From: Antedon mediterranea | Taxonomy: Eukaryota; Animalia; Echinodermata | DNA: 64,000 nt | Assembly: GCF_964355755.1 (NCBI RefSeq) | Contig: NC_092674.1 | Location: forward strand, 9,672,001-9,736,000 | Direction: 5' to 3' | Shown here: positions 11,574-35,797 of the stretch, in pieces | Layout of the letters: each line of letters starts with the position of its first letter | Position numbering within the stretch: the stretch's first letter is position 1 | The notes under the pieces: generated by a model | What the model was told of the DNA's origin: nothing | Seen by the model: only the letters and a program-made list of their open reading frames with translations | Database searches by the model: none | Position numbers and translations under genes: made by a program

Positions 11574-12859
11574 TCACTTCTTAAATTAAGATATGCTTCG
11601 ACGATTAATTTTTGTTAATTGTATAGTTTTGGTTCTTCGTAATTGAAATGGTTTTTTTTTTAACTTTGTAATTGAAATATGCTGATTATGTTTCACAGAG
11701 TCCACGGAAATCACTTCTGTATTACAACAAAATTCCCGACCCAGACACAGGACCTTATGCGATTCGAAACAACCGTTTCAAAGCACATTTCATTACAAAA
11801 AATATATTCGGAACCGATCCAAATGATTCGGACCCAATGTGCCGGTCTGGTAATGCCACTGAAATTCATGAACGACCACTTATTTATGATCTACTTGTTG
11901 ATCCAGAAGAAAGATTTGACATTGCGAGCAACTCGGCATTGGTAACTGAAATAATGGTTAAATTGATGAACGAAGAATCAAAAGTTTCATTTGGACCAAG
12001 TGTTTTAGCTCAAGTAAATTCAACAGTAAGCCTTTGTTGTCGATCAAATTGTGAACCATTTCCACTATGTTGTCAGTGTGATTCTATTTATAGTTTAGAT
12101 CTATTCCCTATCCATGGGTGTAGAGACTAACGTTTTCTTATACCGTACGTCACTACTCCATTATTGTTGGTGTAAAAGCAATTGAAAAAAGGAACTGGAA
12201 CATACAGTAAATAGTATACATAATCAAGTAGGCCTTATACTCTACGAGTTAAAACCAAGTTAGCAATTTTTGCAAATAGATTAGAAGCCATTTTGAATTT
12301 CAAGATGAAGGTCTACTGTAATGCGCTTGTTATGCTATATTTAGAGGTATTGGTACACTAGGCTTAATGTGTGAAAGAACTGCCTTAATAGTAATACTTT
12401 ATTCATCTTTCCACACTTAGATAAAAATCAAAATATACATAAATTAAAGACAAAAAGGTTACACAGAAATCCCAAGAGCTTGTAAAGATGTGGAAAGCAA
12501 TACTATCATAATGAATAAGTACAGTGACACAATAAGCAAAAAGGATCGATAAAGGTAATACATAATAATATACAATAGTACAGGTATGTTTATATTACAA
12601 TAGGCCTATGCATGTTTAGTAAATCAAATAACCAAAAATGTATATACATTTCATTTTTTCCTAAAGATATTAATTAATTAAGACTTGCAATAAAGGATTA
12701 TAGGAATTCCATAGCTTTTGACCAGTAAACGAAATACAAAAACTTGTGTTATATAAATGTGTTGGCTTGGTTCTAACGTAATTGTTCTTTCTCGTATGTT
12801 TTTAAAGAACCGTCTAAATTTCGTAATATATTTTGAAGACGTATCACTGTATTAACAAG

Positions 12860-13160
12860 TTTATACATAATACCAGTTTCGAATTACAATCAACACCCTG
12901 ACGCAACAGTAGTTACAAACAATTACAATACCAGTTTGATACTTGTAAATATCTTCAATTTTCAAAATATTATATTCGTGATAAAAGCGAGCGAACAAAT
13001 TTGTATAACCAGACCAGCTCAATACAGATAAATGAAACACAATCAAGAAGCCAATGGCAGCCCACGTGCCTTGTAAAGTAAACAACAATCAGTATCATTT
13101 GGGCCTAACAATTACTTAGATTATCCAACCAACTGTATTACATTGCTATCGTGACAATAA
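12860..13160 (-). mobile_element. Degraded LINE (CR1/L2-like) 3' fragment
   Basis: Minus-frame LF...YNILKIEDIYKYQTG resembles post-RT C-terminal region of CR1/L2-group ORF2. Confidence 0.4.
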
Positions 13161-13243
13161 ATAAATGAAAAACTGACTCACCAATGTTGATATGATTAGC
13201 CATCAATCTTAAACGCAATTTCATTCATACAAACAAACAAATT

Positions 13244-13368
13244 AATCAGAATTTAACTTTTATACAATCAGAATTTTTAACTTTTATACATTCATAATTT
13301 TTAACTTTTATTCAATCAGAATTTTTAACTTTTATACAATCAGAATTTTTAACTTTTACACAATCAGA
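13244..13368. repeat. ~24-bp tandem repeat
   Basis: aatcagaatttttaacttttatac x ~5. Confidence 0.85.
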
Positions 13369-13758
13369 TTGTTCAGATAGCAATTGCATTTTTATAACAC
13401 TTTTGTTAACATTTTATTATACCTTATTTTTCTATGTATTTTTCTAAATTTGTTAAATGTCGGTTTTATTGTATCGTTCAAGTTGACAGGGGCTGGTCAA
13501 GCACATCACAAGATGACAGTTTTATACTTTTGCTTTTCCGCTACTCTCCTGTTATACTTATATGTTTGTTTTTTTGCTATGTAGAAAGATTGAAAATAAA
13601 TAAATAAAATAAATATTAAGAACTGAACTTCAACGGAAAGATTTGGGGAAAATGTGTCCAACAATTGTTATGCAAATGAGTCGATTACATACATACATAT
13701 TTATTCCGCAGCATGTGAGAAAACGCCGCCGTTAGTACAGAAAATTAAATAAACTTAA

Positions 13759-14310
13759 AGATGTATTGTCCCTTTGACTAATTCAAAAAAAAATAACAAA
13801 TAAAAGTTTTCGAAAAAAGGTGGGTAATTTTGAAGTATCATAATAGTTATGAAATATCACCAACAATTTTTTTGAAAAAAAAAAAAATTAACTGAAATAC
13901 AGACGTTTTTTTGTTAAAAAAATAACTTTGACTTCCAGTCAAAGTTTTCAATCAAAACATATCCCATAATGAAACGTGCTTCTTGTTTGGCTACTCTGTA
14001 TGCATAATCATAAAACTTCCTCGCGATCTGTGTGAAAATACCTTCTTAACCGTGACGAGTTGTAAACAATCCTAATTTAGCATATGCATAATGCGTACTC
14101 ATGGTTTGAAATCTTTGTTTACTTTCGCTCGTGACGATTTTCCAGATGAAATGTAATCAAACTAATTTACCTGTTAATTACGTAAACTTGTTGTTTTTGG
14201 CTCAAATTTTCGACTTAAAGTGAATAACTTTAATATTACTTTGGTATGGCTACTTTAAATTTAGAATATTTTGACCTTCATTTTTTTGTGTTTCAAGGGA
14301 CAATACATCT
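13759..14310. mobile_element. Kolobok-type non-autonomous DNA transposon
   Basis: TTAA|AGATGTATTGTCCCT ... AGGGACAATACATCT|TTAA: perfect 15-bp TIR, TTAA duplication, 5'-RR...YY-3' ends. Confidence 0.8.
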
Positions 14311-14884
14311 TTAAAGTAAAAACACGAATGTTTTAAACTAAAACCATTAAGACAAATCAGGAAGGAGGGAAATGATTTTACTGGAGAATCAGAGAAAATA
14401 TTTAAAATAAAATAGAATAGGGAGAGATAGAGTAGGGAGAAAAATATATTGGTTCTACTTAATATTTCCTGTACAATGTATCTGGAAACTACGCAATATG
14501 GTGATCGTGAGGGGAGTGATTTCGACATTTCCAAGTTATTGTTATTGTCATGTTGTAGCACAGTATTATTTTTTATTTAAATTAAAATAATATAAGTATT
14601 TACTAATAATAATAATGATACTATAATTATGATTATCTACTAACATCTTACTTTCGACACGATTCGGACGGATAAATTGCGCAGCTATGATTTATTCACA
14701 AATTAGAGTACACACTAAATTAGTAAATAAATGTTGTTATTGTTTCAAGAAATATATATTAACAGTCCTTGATAAATATTATTATTACTAATTAAAACCG
14801 TTAATTTATTATGTAGAAGTCGGAGATGCTGGTAGCATAACTAGAATTGGTATCACATTTAATATGTATTATTGGTGTTCAAAG

Positions 14885-16115
14885 AATCCGAATCCTACAG
14901 TAAGTTGCCGAATAAAAGTTTTCCGAATCCCAGTTTGATAAAGAGCGTTTCCGAATCCTACAGTAAGTTGCCGAATAACAGTTTGCTGATTCCCAGTTTA
15001 ATAAAGAGCGTTTCGGAATCCTACAGTAAGTTACCGAATAACCGTTTGTCAAATTTTAGTATCCCATGTCAGCCGAATCCCCCAGTTTGATAAAACCAGT
15101 GTGTCCGAATCCTAGAGTAAGTTGCCGAATAACAGTTTTCCGAATCCCAGTTTAATAAAGAGCGTTTCGGAATCCTACAGTAAGTTACCGAATAACCGTT
15201 TGTCAAATTTTAGTATCCCATGTCAGCCGAATCCCCCAGTTTGATAAAACCAGTGTGTCCGAATCCTACAGTAAGTTGCCGAATAACAGTTTTCCGAATC
15301 CTAGTTTGATAAAGAGCGTTTCCGAATCCTACAGTAAGTTGCCGAATAACAGTTTGCCGATTCCCAGTTTGCTAAAAAGAGCGTTTCGGAATTCTACAGT
15401 AAGTTACCGAATAACAGTTTGCCGATTACCAGTTTGATAAAGAGCGTTTCGGAATCCTACAGTAAGTTACCGAATAACAGTTTTCCGATTACCAGTTTGA
15501 TAAAGAGCGTTTCGGAATCCTACAGTAAGTTACCGAATAACAGTTTTCCGAATCCCAGTTTGATAAAGAGCGTTTCGGAATCCTACAGTCAGTTACCGAA
15601 TAACAGTTTTCCGAATCCCAGTTTGATAAAGAGCGTTTCGGAATCCTACAGTCAGTTACCGAATAACAGTTTGCCGATTACCAGTTTGATAAAGAGCGTT
15701 TCGGAATCCTACAGTAAGTTACCGAATAACCGTTTGCCGATTACCAGTTTGACAAAGAGCGTTTCGGAATCCTACAGTAAGTTACCGAATAACAGTTTGC
15801 CGATTACCAGTTTGACAAAGAGCGTTTCGGAATCCTACAGTCAGTTACCGAATAACCGTTTGTCAAATGTTAGTCTCCCATGTCTGCCGAATCCCCCCAC
15901 CCCTCTTTGATAAAACCAGTGTGTCCGAATCCTACAGTAAGTTGCCAAATCCAAGTTTGATAAAGAGAGTTTCCGAATCCTACAGTAAGTTGCCGAATAA
16001 CATTTTGTAGAATAAAGGTTTGCCGAAATGAATGACAGTTTGATGAAAAGAGTTTTCTGAATAGAAGTTTCAATTTTGCCGAATTTCATTTTGAGCAACA
16101 TTTTACCGAACTACC
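14885..16115. repeat. 60/63-bp minisatellite built from CCGAAT sub-repeats
   Basis: Unit ccgaatcctacagtaagttaccgaataacagttttccgaatcccagtttgataaagagcgttt, with a higher-order variant unit; produces the SESYSKLPNN ORFs. Confidence 0.92.
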
Positions 16116-17113
16116 GTTTGCCAAAACTATATACAGTATAAAGTATATATTTGGGCATAAAGAGAATGTTATAGGAAGGTACGTTATACACAAAAATGGT
16201 TTTAATACGAATGAACACAAAGACTTCACTAATTCGAATTATCACACAATTTTTATTAATTAATTTATTTTTTTTCAAAATAGAACCTGTGAGGCATAAA
16301 GGCAATCTAATTCTTATATAATTTCATTTATAAAATTATTGATTGAATGTAATAATTGCTTTAGTGCGGAAAATGAATAAGAAACAGTATTCTATGATTC
16401 CTCATTTATACATAAAATAATAACAATAATTTATTTTACTTGTTTGAAGTTTACAGTATGGTAAAGAATGGCTATAAACTATAAATGGTAATGACAATGT
16501 ATAGTAAAAGAAAATCATTGGAAAATTTCGAAAATTAAACAATATATTTAGTAATTCATAATGAACTAAAACATTCATTATTAATTTCATCAATACATTT
16601 TTTAAACACATTTTTCGAAAAAAAATATAAATTCTATTCAATCACACAAACACTAATATTTCAGGTTTTCATAATTTATTTTGGTTAAATGAAAATTATA
16701 ATATAATAATTGCTAAAAATTAAAATTTCAAACCGTATTAGCGGTGGAGTGGTTCATATAATGTTATGTTCAGCATGATTCAACTTATTTCAATTTAAAA
16801 AATTATTTTCAATAAAAGTTGAAAATTACCAATGTCTATCCTTATACTTGTCTGTCTGTTAAGAGGGAGAGTGGTTTTGAGGCGAGAGTAACTTCAATTA
16901 AATATATAATGTAAAATTAACACAATAAAAACGTATTCAAGCAAACACAAGGTGGACTTTTTTTTTCAGAATACGATCACCGCACACAGCACCTACCAAT
17001 TGAATCGGAAATAGATGCATAGTGTAGATATGAAATACTAACATTTAGATTAGAAAGTAATTAATTCAATAAATGTAAAGTAGCAGTATGTTCTGGATTA
17101 AAACTGTTGATCC

Positions 17114-17328
17114 AAGATTAGAACAGCTGATCTACTAAGATTAAGACAACTGATCAAAGATTAAGACAGCTGAAATACTAAGATCAAGACAGCTGATCAA
17201 AGATTAAGACAGCTGATCTATGATTAAGACAGCTGATCTATGATTAAGACAGCTGATCTAAGATTAAGACAGCTGATCTAAGATTAAGACAGCTGATCTA
17301 AGATTAAGACAGCTGATCTAAGATTAAG
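17114..17328. repeat. 20-bp minisatellite downstream of the AIFM1 stop codon
   Basis: aagattaagacagctgatct x ~10, degenerate copies continuing to ~17700. Confidence 0.9.
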
Positions 17329-17767
17329 GTCACTTGTTTAGGAATAAGGTAGTAATAGTATTTAGGATCCGAGATTGAGATAGTGGTCTAAAAAGACATC
17401 TAGGATTAACATAAATTTTCCAGGATTCAGGTATCTGGTATGAAATTAAGGTAGCCTGAGATTAATTAGGATCCGAGAGTAACTAGGATCTGAGATTAAC
17501 ATTTTTTGGATTAAGAAGCTTGTCTACAATTAATATACCTGATCTGGGATGAAAATAAAAGTCTTAGAATGAAATTGCTTATCTAAGATCCAGACAACTG
17601 GTTGAAGATTCAGATATCTGGCATGGGATTAAGAATGTCTCTCAAAGATTAACATACTATAAAGTGTATTGTGTTCTGGATTACTTATCTAATCTCATCT
17701 GTAAGAAAGTGTACCTGAGATCAATTACATCATACCTAATTATATAACTATATTATATTATTTGGAT

Positions 17768-29426
<11,659 letters not shown>

Positions 29427-29601
29427 TTTTAGATTATTTTTCACTTTTCAAGCAGCAAAATCTAAGGTACCGGCAACCGGACACAGCACGCTTGCGAATA
29501 GGTCAAAGTTTAGTTTAAAAAACAGGTCTGCTTGCAAAATCACTGAAGCGTGCAGAATAATTTTGTAAACATTACACATTTTGCTGTTCCATTTCACATA
29601 A
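29427..29601. promoter_or_regulatory. Putative bidirectional promoter AIFM1/NAXD
   Basis: 175 bp separate the divergent start codons at 29426 (-) and 29602 (+). Confidence 0.7.
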
Positions 29602-32600
29602 ATGCGTGGATATTTTTATTTATCAAAGAGATTTTTTAATCTGCATGGTAATATTGTAAATATGAGTACAGGTGTGTACACTACCTGCTAGTATTCCCAA
29701 GCTGTCGTCTAAAGTAAAGTTAGGCATGAGTAAAACAAATCCAGGCTAGCTAGGCTAGGCCTCTAGCTAGCTAGGCTAGGTTGGCCGAGGGTAGGTGAAG
29801 GTGGTGCAGCCAGCTGAGCTAGGAGCCTGCTCTACTGTACTGTAGTGCATTGTTGTTATATAATGATAGGAAGTAGGCCTAGTAGTAAACGATATGCTAT
29901 TAGTACAGATAATACAGTTAATATTCAATAATCAATTATTTATATAACAATATTTGATTTTAAATGCGTATCATGTATGCCATTTTCTTTTATAAAATAG
30001 AATGTACTACAACAAATTCAGCAGTTTTATTGCAAGCTGTCAAATCCATCATTCCACCACTAACATATGCCCAACACAAAGGACAAAATGGACGGTTGGC
30101 AACAATTGGAGGCTGCAAAGAATATACCGGAGCACCGTATTTCGCAGCAATATCAGCTCTAAAAATTGTACGCAATTACAGACAGGGAATCGGTCATATA
30201 TCGACTTTTTGTATATAAATTTACACCCATACTGAAACTCTGAACTGCTTGACATACTGGATATTAAATAATGTATACACTGGAATGGAATTACTGGTTT
30301 TTCATATGACCTTATTAAGAAATTCTTCGTCCCTTTTGTCCACACCCCAAATCAAAATATCCCTTTACCCACACTAGTACAATAAAGAATTTTAGGTTTT
30401 GCTCTTAAAAGGAAAACAGTGCATAAGAAACACCCATTATTAATGTATGTTTTCTCTATTAATTTTATATTCTATTTTTCTAGGGTTGTGACCTGTCTCA
30501 TGTTTTTTGTACAAAAGATGCCTCTTCTGTTATTAAGTCTTACAGTCCTGAACTGATAGTACATCCTGTCTTGTAAGTTTAGAGGTTACAATAATAACTT
30601 GAATACAAAAACAAACACCATATGCACTGTTTACAGATGGTCACTGTTTGAATAAAAACTGCATATAAAAAGAGTCTGTTCTGATAATTATATTTAACTG
30701 CTATATATTTTCATAATTCAAGCAGCCCATCTCTCTCAAGATTTATGGGACGATCATGCCTTCATCTTTTTATTGATATAAAGTTTGCGGTACACCACGT
30801 GTATTAGTTCTGAAAAGAACTGTTAAGTTTCTCGACGTTTCGATCAATATACTTTGTTCTTCCTTATATCTTATTCTTATTAACTCAAAATTATTTTTAC
30901 TAACAAACATTACTATTTATATGCCTAGTGTGTAAACATTATTGACATAATTTCAATAAACATCCACATAGGCTACAGTACAATTCTTCTTAACAAAATG
31001 TTTTCAATCTTCTATCAACTAAAAGTCGTAGTTAGTCATGTCTCGGGTCACATCCTATGGTCACCGTACAGATAGGCTACTACATCAGTACTTCTATGAA
31101 TGGATGACTAGTTGGTGACAATAACGCTAGTTGGTCATACTCAGTACCGTTTTGATTTTACGATCATTCGGGAAACAACCTCACGATATTCAAACAATAT
31201 ATTCATCCTTTTAGTTTCTATCTTAAAATATTTATTTGTTTATATGTAAAACAAAAAGGAAGTAAACAAATGTTATATTGAATTGAATAACAATAATCCA
31301 TAGTCATAAAAATGAAAATGATCATTTTACTTTTATCACTATTTCTTTTTTTCTCAGAGATAAAAATGGGGGTGTTGAGGAGATAGCAAGTTGGCTACCT
31401 CGTATGCATTCAATAATTATAGGTCCTGGACTTGGAAGGGAGTCTAGCATACTAGAAAATACAAAAGTAAGTCAATAATTCATGTTTAAAAGAACAAATT
31501 ATAACAAAACTGCAACATTACTATACTTTGTGAAGTATAAGTAAGAAATAATTGTGTGTCAACTTCTACTTCAGCTTTCATGTGTGGAAAATGTGTTTTT
31601 AAATGTCAGAGTTGTTACAAAAGGCTATTTATTGCGGTCTAGCTAACATTTAGGATAAAATTGATTAATGTAATCTAGTAAAAAGTACAGTAAGTTTCTG
31701 TCAATGATTTTGTTGTTGCCGCAATTATCCTTTGTTAGTTTCCATCCTGGTCCTTAAAATCATAGTTTGAATGAAGTGGTGATTTCATTAAATTTAATAT
31801 TCTTTATTTGCAGGATATCATTATAAAAGCCAGAGATCTGAACATACCATTAGTAATTGATGCAGTAAGTATATATAAATACAATATGTACAGCAAAGAT
31901 TATACTTTGATTATAACAAGATAATGCTGTTATAAAGTGTGAAACTACTGTACAGTAGGATGTTCTCTTATAGATCTCGAATTGTTTCCTATTTCAGTCT
32001 CTCACATCCAATCATTAGTTTTCGGCCTGAGCTTTGACTATATTATCGAAACAGTTCAACAAAGCTATTGATTTCTTGTAGGATGGAGTCTACCTTCTAG
32101 CACAATCTCCAGAAGTGATACAGGGATACACAAAAGCAATACTTACACCAAATATTATGGAATTCAAACTTCTATATAAAAAAGTTGTAAGTAGATTGTT
32201 CAACATGATCTTTTCTGGTCATGTAAAATAAGTTGTCCTGTTGAAACAGTGGTTAAACAAATAATAAGCAGGGAAAAATACTTTAGAATTATTCTTAAGC
32301 TCTGTCCACACTATCAAACTAGTTTGACAAAAAAAGTGTGATGTGCCCAAATATGATAATGATATGTTTAAATATTGTAGTGATATGACATCATCATGTC
32401 CATATATCATATTTTTTTGTCACATAAAGTTTGATAGTGTAGACAGAGTTTATTCAGTAACACTATGGCTACTGTAGATGTGTCGATTTTTTTCCAGTAC
32501 GATTTATGGGGGAAATCTCTAATTACAGTTCCAAAATTTTAATTTTTTGTATTTATTTATCACACTCTTGTGAAATACAAGACCACCAATTCTGGCTTAT

Positions 32601-34126
32601 GAGTGAATATATAAAATAACAATTATAAATAGACACGGATTATGTAGGCACGGATAAAAAACATCAAATAAAATAACTACTTTAAACAGACTTACTACAC
32701 CAAACCTCTTTTACCAAGTAGAAGGGGGAAGAAATACTGTAAATGTAAAAAAAACTTTTATTAGGCCTACACAGTGCATAAAATATTAGGTTTTGAATAT
32801 ATGATACATATGTGATCCTTTAATTTGTTATTTTTGTTTGTGACACCATATAAATTGAGTACTAAATATTTGTTTCATTTTTGATACATTTACTTTGCAG
32901 TTAAATGAAGAGCCAGACCTGAGCCAATTAAGTGATAGTACTAAAGAGCTAAGCCAGGCACTGGGCAGTGTTACTATTGTCAATAAAGGAGCCAGTGATA
33001 TCATTACTGATGGAAAAACAGGTATGATTATTTTCAACTATTTTTCAAGGTGGAATAGGTCATGGAATTATTCTTAGGCCTGTCTTTTCTACTGTTAAAT
33101 GAATAAATGTGAAGACGATATACTAGAGACTGCGGACAGGCCTTGAATGCATACAGTATATCTTGCCCACTGAAGGCTCATATCGAGTTGAGTGTACAAA
33201 ACATAGCTATGAAAAAGGCACATACAGGCTCTCCGTGACCATGTTCTGATGGTAGAATAGCTCATTGCATCGGACGAGTTCATTGTTATCATTCTTGGAA
33301 AGCAATACTACTGTATATCATTAGAACAATATTATACTTTTGGAGATGGTTTAATTAAATTGTATCCATTTCCAAATAGGCTTTAAATAAAAAATACAGT
33401 GTTCTGTTATGAATATTAAAGAAATTAATAAGTATTTGAATATCATAATATATGTTGTACTTTCACAGTTTTGATGAATTCAAGTGAAGGGAGTCCTCGT
33501 CGGTGTGGTGGCCAAGGAGATCTTTTATCAGGTAGCATGGGAACAATGACTTTCTGGGCGCATAGGTACTACAGTAGCACAGATGTAGGGTAAGATTCGG
33601 TTATACTAATAGATGTATTAGACAAGTTGAGTGGACAAGTGGTTAAAGCAACTGCAACTTATAGCCATATACTGTATAAAGTGGCCTAGGTTCTGGTGGT
33701 GTCATCTTGAATAACAACATGGTTCTGTATACTTCTACAGTATGGCTTGGGTGTACTTTAAAAAACCCAGAACATCTTTTGCCATGAGTACGTAAGTGGT
33801 TCCCCGGTGGCCTGGTTTAAATTCAGCTCCTTTCAATGCCACAGCAGTTATGGGGACTGCTATAACTATAGGGATTCATCTGAACCCAATCCCAGTATAC
33901 ACACCAAGAGGATTTATGATACACATATTAATAATGTTTTTTTCCCAATTAATTTTGTAGGGATGATATTCACCAGCTTGGTCGGCCAACGATGATTGCT
34001 GCTTATGGGGCTTCGCTGTTAACTCGAAAGTGCGCAAACCTGGCGTTTGCGAAGAATCAACGAAGCATGACAACGACGGACATGATAGGAGAAATAGGTT
34101 ATGCTTTTAGGTGTCTATTTGAATAA
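29602..34126 (+). CDS. NAXD: ATP-dependent (S)-NAD(P)H-hydrate dehydratase (CARKD), 9 exons
   Basis: Exons 29602-29671, 30001-30167, 30484-30572, 31358-31466, 31814-31864, 32082-32186, 32901-33021, 33469-33589, 33961-34126. Motifs [68 protein letters not shown]. Confidence 0.95.
32298..32450. mobile_element. MITE family A
   Basis: agctctgtccacactatcaaact ... agtttgatagtgtagacagagtt. Confidence 0.75.
33620..33910 (+). mobile_element. Degenerate Deu/Nin-domain SINE copy
   Basis: ggttctggtgg...tgtactttaaaaaaccc...acatcttt...ccccggtg...cccagtata aligns to 41860-42210. Confidence 0.55.
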
Positions 34127-35084
34127 ATACTACTGCGCCTACAATGAGCTGGTATACCATCCGTAATCGTATCCAAAATATAAACATTCATTCATTCACA
34201 AAGGCTTACTGTATCTTTCTAGATATGTAGCCATGATTTATTGAATAAAATTATTTAAATCAACTGTTTTTAAATATTCTTCTTCTTCTTAAATTGCATT
34301 TAAACACAAGTTCAGTTTGTGATCTGCACTCTTGACATTTGTTGGTTTCAACTACCCGTGTTATTAGGGGATCTATTTTTCCTTCTTTCCATCATTTTTG
34401 TTGGTTAATGTGTACAGAAAATCTTGTAACTTGGCCAGCATTTAGACCTTTCAATTTGAAGTTGTAAAACTAACTTTTTGATGATATCCGAGTAAACTTT
34501 TGTGCAATTTTTTGAAATTCTAAGACAAGAAATTGTTCATATCAGGCGTAAACCTCCTGTATAATAAAAATGGCATGCACCATTATAATTTACATCTAAT
34601 AGCAAGTGATGATTGTACCACCACCATTTGATCGATGTGTAGGTTTACGTTTGTTTACTTGATGTTAAAGTTATAAATGCTCCAGACGTTTTTTCAAACA
34701 AATATATGAAACGAAATAACTGAATAAATAAAAATGTTGTATTTAAATAATTCTTTAATTCTTCTTTTTTTCTCTGAAGTGTTAAAAAACTTGCCTACAT
34801 TTACTTCATGAATTTTAATACCGAGAAATTGTCCCCTGAAAATATATATTTTGTTAATGTTTTTGTTTAATATGCCATTTTAATGTAAAAAAAAAACTGA
34901 AAAATCTGTAATTTAAAGCAAAAATAGTCAAATTTACTGGAACTCAATGTGTTTTTGGTTGAATTTAATCATTTATTTTGTCTTTTTACAAGTGAAAACT
35001 TTTTTTATGGATGTGATTAACTTGATGAAAATTGTGAAATGGCCTAAAGTCTTATTCATGTTTTTGGGGGGACACTAAATCCCC

Positions 35085-35797
35085 TTTCTTAAAAAAGACA
35101 TTGCTGTTCTTGAATCTGTCCAAAGGAGGGTCATCGTACATGCTTCCCAAGATCAGCCAGTGTCCCTTACCCTCAACAATTAAAACACCTTAATCTGATC
35201 TCAATTACCAATTGTATTAGGTACTGATGTATTAATTTTGTTACCAAATGTATGTACAAATTATATGATGTTAAAGTTTTTAAATATTTATCTATTAATT
35301 GCAGAGATGTTAATAATCTTAAGTTGCGTAATAATTTTATAGCTCGGACTGATTCATTTCATAACTCGACTGTCTTTAATTGTTTTGTTAGACATTTCAG
35401 AGATCTGCCTGCGGATCTCTGTGACCAACTATTAATTAATATAAACAGTTTTAAGAATAGCCTTAAGAAATATCTTACCAATCGGTTTTAAACTGTACAT
35501 GTTTATGTGTATTTGAAAGATATTTTCTTAATTCTATCTATTTAATTTAATTAACAATATTTTATATAAATCAATTGCAGAATTTTATAGTTTTATCCCA
35601 ATTTGATAGGAATTTATGTTTTTTGTGTGTGTTATTCATTTTATGCAAGTATTTCGATGTGGAGACCTCTCAACGGTTATTTTTATTTATAACTTTTAGG
35701 TAATCCGGCCTCATTGATTTACTTTTGTAATGTTTTTTTTTATGTCTTACTTTGTACTGCACTATATATTGGCGAAATAAATGATATGATATGATAA
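35085..35797 (+). mobile_element. Degraded CR1-like LINE 3' end
   Basis: KKDIAVLESVQRR...LKHLNL...NSFKNSL remnants, AATAAA followed by (TGATA)n tail. Confidence 0.6.

Larger units (their letters stand above)
7610..12130 (+). pseudogene. Arylsulfatase (ARSA-like), copy 2, four exons, two frameshifts
   Basis: Exons 7610-7814, 8744-9390, 10637-10895, 11699-12130 with GT-AG ends. Signal peptide, KPNIVIFFADDMGYADL, CSASRAGLLTGRYP, GKWQLG, TLVLFTSDNGP, GK..TFDGGSRVP. Frame breaks at ~7739-7741 and ~9333-9335. Confidence 0.8.

Noticed and set aside
14872-16101. Repetitive ORFs (SESYSKLPNN...) as a protein gene, or the array as CRISPR
   Set aside because: Pure tandem minisatellite with no unique spacers, no cas genes, eukaryotic context.
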